A program made the translations under genes and the position numbers. A stretch of 64,000 nucleotides of DNA from the NCBI GenBank assembly GCA_000708835.1, contig DF237048.1, positions 1 through 64,000 on the forward strand, read 5' to 3'. This stretch comes from Klebsormidium nitens. Taxonomy: Eukaryota; Plantae; Klebsormidiophyceae. Below are positions 56,201 to 64,000 of this stretch, piece after piece. The notes beneath the pieces are model-generated. The model was not told where the DNA came from. It saw nothing but the letters and a program-made list of their open reading frames with translations, and searched no databases. Positions within the stretch are counted from its first letter, which is position 1, and every line of letters starts with the position of its first letter.

Positions 56201-59200
56201 TTTTTAGCTTTGATGCCAACGCAACTCAAAAATACGCTACTGTAGAGCAGACGGGGTCTGAAATCGGCAATCATCCAAATACTTAAATTCTCAAGTCGTA
56301 AAAGTCCACAAGAATTGTTCTACGTATTCCATTCCCGATCAAGCGGCTTCCGGGAAAGACCTAATTTGTGCCTCGACCTCAAAATGTACAAATCAAATTA
56401 CATCAGAATGTTTGGGTCTCCAACCAGAAGATAAGCAGAGCGCGGACAATGCCGTTTCAGCTCACTGAAACGGCAAGTTCGGTCTTTTCGTCCTCTGCAA
56501 CCGCAATCGCAATCGCACCCTATAACCGCACTCCTCGCCTTGTTTCCGCAGGTCAGTCGGCCTTCAAGGCGTCCAGAGTGTTTGGAGCCTCCCAGATGAT
56601 GGGATATATAGCTTCTAGGCAAGAATAGAGACTCGACCATTTTCTATGATACATTATTTTGTAGTCTTACCGTTGGATCTAATGTCCGCTTTTTGACGCA
56701 CTAACCAAACATGCAACAAAAGAAGACACTAATCAATGAAACAATAAAAACACACTGAGATAAGATGAAACAATGCTTTCTGCAGGTCAGCACGGCCGGC
56801 CGGTCTTTTGGGCGCCGTCTTGGGCCGTCGCACGCCGACTCCAGCAGCAGGCTCGACCGGTCCCTCGCCCGGTGACGCTCCCCCGGTCACATCCCCCGAT
56901 GAGCAGAACTTGCCGGAGTGGGCGGGGAATGTCCCCGAGCAATCTGAGGAAGGGGCTCAGGCAGCAAAGGATGAGGGCGACCTGGAGTTTCCATTTGCTG
57001 ATCTGGACGCTGACGTGGATCTCGATGAGGAGGACGAAGCTGACGTGGAAGGTGAGGACAAGTCTGGATAGACTCGACGAGATTCTTGTGTGCATTCATC
57101 ACTTGGATTTACGGTCCCTTGTCACAGTTGTGCATCCGATGCTTCGAAGCGGACTGTTTACGTTTGACTGCCCAACCCACAACTGAAGAAAGCCTGAGGT
57201 TTTGAAATCTCAAAGACCGGTAGTGCTTCTCTTCGCGCAATCGCAAGCGAGGCAACCGCCGACTCCGAAAGGGCAAATCTGGGTTTCTCTGAGAACAATC
57301 TTCAGATGGTTGAAGTAAACCAGACGACCCGACCGCGAACCAGATCCGCTGTAAAGCGGAGTAGGCTTTCCCACCGGCTGTTTATTTGTTCTTTTTCCAC
57401 CACCAAACTTCTATGTAGATTGCCTCCTTGCGCGAGAACCGGTTTTCGAGATTTCCCTTTTCCTGTGCCGCAGCGGAGCGCGCGAAGAAGCAACAGCGGA
57501 TTCGCGCTTCCGTCAGAGTCTTTGCTCACGAGCGACAATCCACAAAGAAGCTGCACCAAGCATACCTGAGGTAAACCGCCGCTTTCGTCAATGTCAGCAC
57601 CTTTTCGAAATAGTATCTGAACAGTTGACGTCTTGGACAGTATTCTCATTGTTGACTTCTTGGACCGCAATCGTCGCTTTCAAGAGCTGCTCTTAGGGAT
57701 GATCTCCTTCTCTCAACAATCAGACCCGGAAAGATTGCACAACGGTCAAATATCCGCAATTTCCAACATTTATGTTCTTCTCCCAGAACCTTGTGACGAC
57801 CTATTGTCCACTCAGACAATCTCTCTAGAGATCATTCAAGGAGTTCAGGTAGTTACGCTTTCCAAGCCGTTCCCGTTCCGCTCCTTCGTTCCGCCGCCCT
57901 GCCTTCGTAGGTTGACTAATCTGCAGGCCGCGAATCGTCACGGATCCTGGCTTCAGCTATTTGATGCCCTTATTTGTTTCCTGGTTCAAGGACGGGTCCA
58001 TTACGAGGAAAGCAATCAAAACTTCCCTTCGTTGAAGAGCGAGACTCATTCGAACGCTTTTTGCTTGTTCCTTTGTCACCCGTGATTGATCCTCGAACGT
58101 AAATCATTACAATTGGTTTTGTTGAATTAAGGGCTGACTTTTGCATGATAAACTCCTGCAGGAGCATCCGCCGGTCTGACTTCACGGAGACGGTCTACTT
58201 CGCCGCATCCCTAGTTACCGACGCGCGCGGCCGCGCGGCCGCGGAGTTCGACCTGAGCGACTCCATTACGTCCTTCGCCGTCATCGCCGACGCCCACAAA
58301 GCCGTCGAATTCCAAACCGAGGGCGAAACCATTACCACCACCGTTACCAGGAACGGCACGACCGTTAAGGCGACCGCGAAGGGATCCTCCCGGACCGTCC
58401 GCACGTCGGCGCTCGGCGCGTCGAACGGGGTCTTCAAGATCCGGTCGGTGAAGCCGTGGATGCCAAGTGCCCCCTGGAGCTCACGACGACCGACCGGGTG
58501 CTCCTACCGGTCACTCTGACCAACGTGACGTCAGAGAACGTCACGGTGGCGGCTAAGGTGGGAGTGCGGGGGCCTCTGTCGCTGGAAGCAACGGAAGAGA
58601 TCACCGGCGGGGCGCCAATGGACGTCGACGCCCCAGGGGATCCCCCGGCCACTTCCACAACGCTGAAGCAGACTCTGGAGGGCGCCGAAAGCGTCCGGGA
58701 GATCGTCCGATTCGTCGCGGGGGGGGCCGCTCTCACGGCGGCGTCTAAGGCCAATCCTGACGAGCCCACCCCCCTGGCGCGGGGATCGGTGACGGTAAAC
58801 GCCGCGGCTTCGGTTCGGGGGGGTCCGAAGAGGGGCGGCCAACTGCACAAGGATAGCGTCAAGAGAACGTTTGCGGTGTCGCCGAAAGGATTTCCCCAGG
58901 AGCAGTCAGTTGGCGGAATGCTCAAGCCCGGAGGGGAAAATAGAGTGGGCGGGGAGTTTGCGCTGCCGGAGGACACGCAACCGGGGAGCGTGGTGACGTC
59001 AGTCACGGTGTTCCCGTCGCCAGTGAGTCTGTTTCTGCTCGCGCCATCTTTCGTGAGGCATGACGATAAATCAAGTTACATACCACCAACTTTGCGGCTC
59101 AGGCTGAATGGTCGTGCTTTATTCATCTCACGGAGGCGTCCAGTCCCGTGCCTAGTTCCCTGATCTACCCTCACTTCGTCCTCGAAACCCTTCTCTTCTC

Positions 59201-62200
59201 AATGCAACATTTCTCTCTGATACAACAAAGCGGATCTTATAGCCTCGAATGAACTTCCTGATCTTTCTTCAGAATCTTATCGACACTTTCCGTCCTGAAA
59301 ACAGGTGCCCATGTGATTGTCGATGACTCCCGGGATCCTGTTCGCAATCTCGCTGAAAGAGACCCGCTTATGCCTTGCGCCAATTCCGCAGAAGCAGACC
59401 GTAGAAGTTCCTCGTCTTTTCCAGGTGGCAAGCCTGACGAGCGCCGCGCAGGCTCTCGTCCGCGAGCCGTACGGCTGCTTCGAGCAGACGTCAGCAGCCG
59501 TGTTCCCCAACGTCATGGCGCAGCAGTACTTCAAGACGCACCCCGGGGCGTCGCCAAAGCTTATGGAGAAGTCGTATATGCTATTGGGCTCCGGCCTGGA
59601 GCGGCTGAGGGGATTCGAGGTGGAAGGGAGCGGCGGTTATGACTGGTTCGGAAAGGCGCCCGCGCACGAGGCGCTGACCGCATATGGGCTGCAGCTGTTC
59701 ACGGATATGGCGCAGGTAGGAGCCCGTATATCCGTTGGGTAAGCTCTTATGTATCTTTTCCAGAGAGGATTCTGCGCGGAGTGGCTTTTGGGCCGGTAGC
59801 ATCGGTTTCAAGAGCACTTCGCATCTTGCAGATAACTGTATGGATTGCGAAAGCCGAAACAATTGTTTTAGTTACATTGCCGGCCTCGTAGGTGATAACT
59901 CGTTCCTGCGCAATACTGAGCAAAACGGTGGCTCAACAATTCGTCAGCGTACGTCACGGCTGTTGACATCTTTTTCGAAGTTCGTTACAGGAGACACGGA
60001 CTGAATAAACAGAAGGCAGCGCCGCTTGTCTACGCTGGTGTTCTGCTCAGGTCCGCTGAGGTTCCAAAGTGTCGAATCCAATCGGTAGCTAGAACCGGTC
60101 GCCACGAAACTCCCGGGCCCACTCGGGCCTGTTTGGTCCCGGCTCCATGCCCTTCAATGTTCTTTTCTGCTGCCTTTGTTGTTCCGCTGCGAATAAGTTT
60201 GTAGTGACTCCCGCAACCGTTCCGCAGGTCTACCCCGTCCCGAAAGACATGATCCGCCGGACTCGCGACTGGCTCCTGAGCCGCAAGAACGACACCACGC
60301 GCGCGTTCAACATGCATACGTATACGGTGTGGGGCGGAGTCGGCGCGGCGCCTGCTGACGTCAACAACGCCTACATCGTGTGGTCGCTGACGTGTGCCAA
60401 CATGGGCGACAGCCTGGAGCCGCAGGTAGACTAATTCTAAAGTTTGCTCTGTTGAAACACTTGTGGTCTTCAGAGACCAACAATCAAATCAGCCCAAAGT
60501 CTAACATTCACATCGGAAACCTAACATTTTAGCACAGACTCTGAATTTCGAAACCTGAAACTCAGCTCCCAGTGCCAGGATCCAAGCTCTCAACGTCAGA
60601 TGCGGGAACTCTCAAGCTTTGCGATCCAGAACCTCTCAGAGTACGTTTCAGAAAGGGAAAGATAATACAAACCGCTTCTTGCTCTTCGCGCTTTGTTACA
60701 AGCAGTCCACCGTCCCGCTCAATACTGCCTCTCGAACGTCCGCTCTATGTGCAGATTGCCAGCCTAGTGGAGCAAGCGGCGACCAACAAGGACCCGTACT
60801 TTGTTGCCATGGTCGCCGACACGCTCTACAAGGTGGGGCGCAAGGATGAGGCGGGACAGCTGGCACGTGGCCTCCAGAAGCACCAGGTAAGAGACGTGTC
60901 GTACCGGAAGCAAGTACCGAAACCTGAAACCTTCATTCCATACCGGTTTGCTCCCTTCTTCAGAAGGACTTCGCGATTGGTACCTTCGAAGCAAGAAAAA
61001 ACGTTTCAGAGGCAGAGGAACCTTTCTTGTGAAGATGGACGAAGGTTAGCCGTCGCCCTTCCCAGCTCATCTTGTAGTGCTTGACGAGTTTGATACGTTG
61101 TTCCATGTTCGCGTCCGTTTCGCGACGGGCACATTCGACGCACAGATTCTGTGACATATCCCGGTCTTGAGACTCATATTCCTTATCTAAAGTGACTCTG
61201 CAAAAACATGGGGACTTATTGCCAGGATGTTAGAGAGGAAAAAGATCCCACAAAGCTTCTACCTGAAGCGGATTCTATCTTCAGTCTTCCGCAACTTTTC
61301 ACGACCCTACTCGAATTTTCGAAACTTCTGGACCCGCAACCCTTACACCCCGAACTCTGCAGAAGGCCGACGGTTCCGTCCGTGGCGCCACGACGTCAAT
61401 CACGCGCTCGGGCGGCGACTCCCTGCTCGTCGAAACCACTGCCCTGGTCGCCCTCTGCTGGCTGAACGACGTCGAAACCTTCGGCGCGGCCGCGCGTCGC
61501 GCGATCGACTGGATTGCAACTAGGTGCGCGGGCGGCAGATTCGGATCCACGCAGGCGACCGTGCTCGCGCTCAAAGCGATTGTGCGCTATGACGTCGCGG
61601 TGACGTCAGCGCGCGCGCCCGGGACGGTGCACTTGGTCGTGGACGGGGAGCGCGTGGAGAGCATAGCGTATGGCGCGGGAGCGGTGGGCGCCATAGCATT
61701 TGGGGACGTGGCGCCGCGGATGAAGGCCGATGGGCGCGCGCGGAATGTGGAGGTGGAGATGGAGGGCGGGGCGCTTATGCCGTGCGCGATCCAGGTGACT
61801 TCATAGCGCATACAACCCTCTTCTCTCGCGCAGAACCGCTGTAAGCCAAGCGTTGCTTTTTATTGGAAGCGGACTTTGTTCGCGTGGGCGCATCCTAGAA
61901 GCGCCGGCGAGCGTTTCAATTCAGGCCCTTAGGCACCAGAATAACCCAATAGATGTCTCTGGCAAAACGCCAAGGGCGTCAACAATCCATCTCTTAGATT
62001 CACTTAACTCATCAGAAGGTGATTGACTCCACTTCATTTTAGTAAGATCCTTTGATGCTACGTCTCTGGTCATATGGTCATGTTCCGCGTGTAACATTTG
62101 GCAACCCACCCGCTCCGTTTCCGCTCCAGCTCCGCTACCACTCGGAGCGGCCCCCCTCCGCGGCCGCGGATGCAGTCGCGCTGCGCGTCGCGCTGGCGCA

Positions 62201-63313
62201 GCCGGCCGCCCGGGATGGCGACCTCGTCGAGGTTTTGGTGACTGAGAAACCAGACGAGGCGCTTCCGATCCGCCCAATGACATTCCGCTTTCCGCCGCAG
62301 GTCCGCTACCACTCCGAGCGCCCCCCTTCCGCGCCCGCGGCCGCGGTCGCGCTGCGGGTCGCGCTGGCGCAGCCGGCCGCCCGGGAGGGCGACCTCGTCG
62401 AAGTCCTGGTGACCCTGAATAATACAAAACCAGACGAAGAGCTGCCCATGACGGTCGCCATCGTCGGCCTGCCGGGGGGCCTCGAGCCGCGGCACGACCA
62501 GCTCAAGGAGCTCGTGACACGTGGCGACGTCGCGTTTTACGAGGTATGGATCCTGCAACTCCCGGAAGCTCTCGGCTCTTTCGCCAGGGAGCTCAGTAAT
62601 TGCCAGGTATCTTTGGTGGAAGGACAACGGAGCAAGTAAGCGGATCACTGCATTGGGGTGTCCTCCACGTCGGCTAGGAGGAGGTGCATTCAAGTGAAGC
62701 GTGGTCATTCCAGCATGGCAGATAGGTGCATGATTGCACGAAAGAGCCGTCCAAGCGCTCAAGTCCGTTCTCTCGTCGACGCGGGAAGATGCGGTTTCCC
62801 TAAATTGGCTGAGGCCTCCGCTTCTTACTGCGTTGTTGACACTCCGCTGAAGATACTGCGCTGTTAACGTCACGCCACTCATCTTCGAATACACCTGAAC
62901 GTCCGATGGGCACGTTTCTTGGCGTCCTTATCGTTCTCTCCAACCGGAGCTTCCCTTGAATCTGGCATCTGTTACCAAGCCGTCACCTACTCGCAAGAAT
63001 CATTCAGTCCTCCAATCTCGCATCTGTTATCAAGCCATCACCTACTCGCAAGAATCATTCACTCCGCCAAGACGAGAAGAAGGAGCAGGTCCCTCAAAAG
63101 CTCCACTGTCCTTTTTGATTGCAGATCCGCGGCCGTGAGGTCATCTTCTACTGGCGCGCCCTGGCGGCCAATCAGACGGTGGCGCTGCGCGTGGAAACGA
63201 CGGCCGCGGTTCCGGGCGAGTACATCGGTCCCGCGTCGAGAGCGTATCTCTACTACACAGATGAGCTAAAGACGTGGGCGGAACCCCTGAAGTGCAGCAT
63301 CGCCCCAAAGTAG
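50277..63313 (+). CDS. Alpha-2-macroglobulin / thioester-containing protein, bacterial-type, about 1,550 aa, 16 exons, with one apparent frameshift
   Basis: Exons 50277-50304, 51492-51697, 52049-52318, 52822-53107, 53427-54220, 54894-55067, 55811-55983, 56786-57051, 57474-57570, 58162-59022, 59425-59715, 60228-60425, 60755-60886, 61363-61794, 62301-62543, 63125-63313 (4640 nt; all junctions phase-consistent, one internal shift at ~58456). Motifs: STDKPIYRQGD (MG2), FFPEGG, DLLLGTQGWRRF, RRSDFTETVYF, LSDSITSF, thioester PYGCFEQT, GRFGSTQATVLALKA, GLPGGLEP, GPASRAYLYY. Confidence 0.92.
54232..54335. repeat. Degenerate telomere-like (TAACCCT/AACCCCT) microsatellite just inside A2M intron 5
   Basis: aaacccttcaaccccttaaccccttg...ttaacccttaacccttaa...tttaaccctg. 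Confidence 0.6.
62101..62300 (+). repeat. In-frame partial duplicate of A2M exon 15 with its own acceptor
   Basis: ctccag|CTCCGCTACCACTCGGAG... (start 62130) mirrors ccgcag|GTCCGCTACCACTCCGAG... (start 62301). The offset is 171 nt (57 codons) with no stop. Confidence 0.9.
62965..63065. repeat. About 55-bp intronic tandem duplication (A2M intron 15)
   Basis: gcatctgtta(c/t)caagcc(g/a)tcacctactcgcaagaatcattca at 62965 and 63020. Confidence 0.9.
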
Positions 63314-64000
63314 AGCCTCAGAGGAGATGCACTAGTTCAACCTGGAAAATTTGTGCATGATGTTTTGAGTAGAGGTTCACTCATATGACAAGCTGGTGAT
63401 CGTCTTACTTTCAGGAGAACAGGGTATTCTGATTGGCGGTACACTAGCATGCCAGACATCGTCGCCCCAGAAAAAATGATTTCTTTTTAGGGAGTTCGAA
63501 GATAAGAAAGGGTGACTTCACTTGCTTTGCCATAGATGTTCGCAAAGTAGGGCTTTATTACATGGCATACTCCCGGCACATGTACGATGTGAGTGGCTCC
63601 ACAACCAATATGATATGGTGGTTGTAATGTCCATAACAAAGAAGGCATGCGCCCGTCGTCTCGAGCAATTGTCCCCTCTGACCCAGGAGCCAATTGCTTA
63701 GACTGCAAACTCTGGCAGACCGTCGTCCATGCGGGTTACATGGTTTCCTCCAACAACATCGGGGCCCCCGAGCCGTGCATGAAAAACAATGGGGCCGGGA
63801 TCAAAGAAGGTTGGAACGCTTATTCTGATCATTATCGCGAATTTCGCGGCATATGGTACTATGGGCACATATAATTCTCGAATTAGCGTGATCATCCCGG
63901 CCAGATTTTCATACTAGGCTGCAAGCGCGCTAATCATTCATGAACTTTAATTAAGCTATTGAATGTCTTCGTACGTGTACGCACTTCGATTCTCCAGGCT

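Noticed and set aside
57633-58085. 150-aa intronic ORF in A2M
   Set aside because: TTG start, non-exonic codon usage, no motifs, and A2M exons 9 and 10 join in phase without it.
63487-63895. Short overlapping ORFs after the A2M stop
   Set aside because: Under 80 aa, no recognisable family and no clear splice support; they may belong to a gene beyond the window.

Overview
Eukaryotic, intron-rich, gene-dense window with GT-AG introns, GC-rich exons and two N gaps. The gene set (PILS auxin carrier, UAfT-type nucleotide-sugar transporter, plant TEY MAP kinase, KED-like protein) points to a streptophyte, most likely a charophyte alga such as Klebsormidium; this is inference. Exons were reconstructed by hand from splice sites and phases. 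In order: 3' part of a Pro/Thr-rich protein with a Cys-rich tail (+), ABHD11-like alpha/beta hydrolase (+), KED-like Lys/Glu/Asp-rich protein (-), intronless PILS (+), MAPK (-), coiled-coil protein (+), RING-like protein (-, partial model), intronless UAfT-like transporter (+), PLPBP/YggS (-), NOSIP (+), and a 16-exon, about 1,550-aa alpha-2-macroglobulin/thioester protein (+, 50277-63313). The A2M is the standout. It has an intact GCFEQ thioester motif, no visible signal peptide and a bacterial-type sequence. Its predicted bait region carries an Ala/Gly hinge followed by EDEEDEDMGFSLYD, a near copy of the ribosomal P-stalk C-terminal motif. It also has an apparent frameshift. A second recurring pattern is that five introns in three genes contain decaying tandem copies of the 3' splice site plus the start of the downstream exon. 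Several MITE-like inverted repeats and a long hairpin lie in intergenic DNA. No tRNA, rRNA or CRISPR array was recognised.
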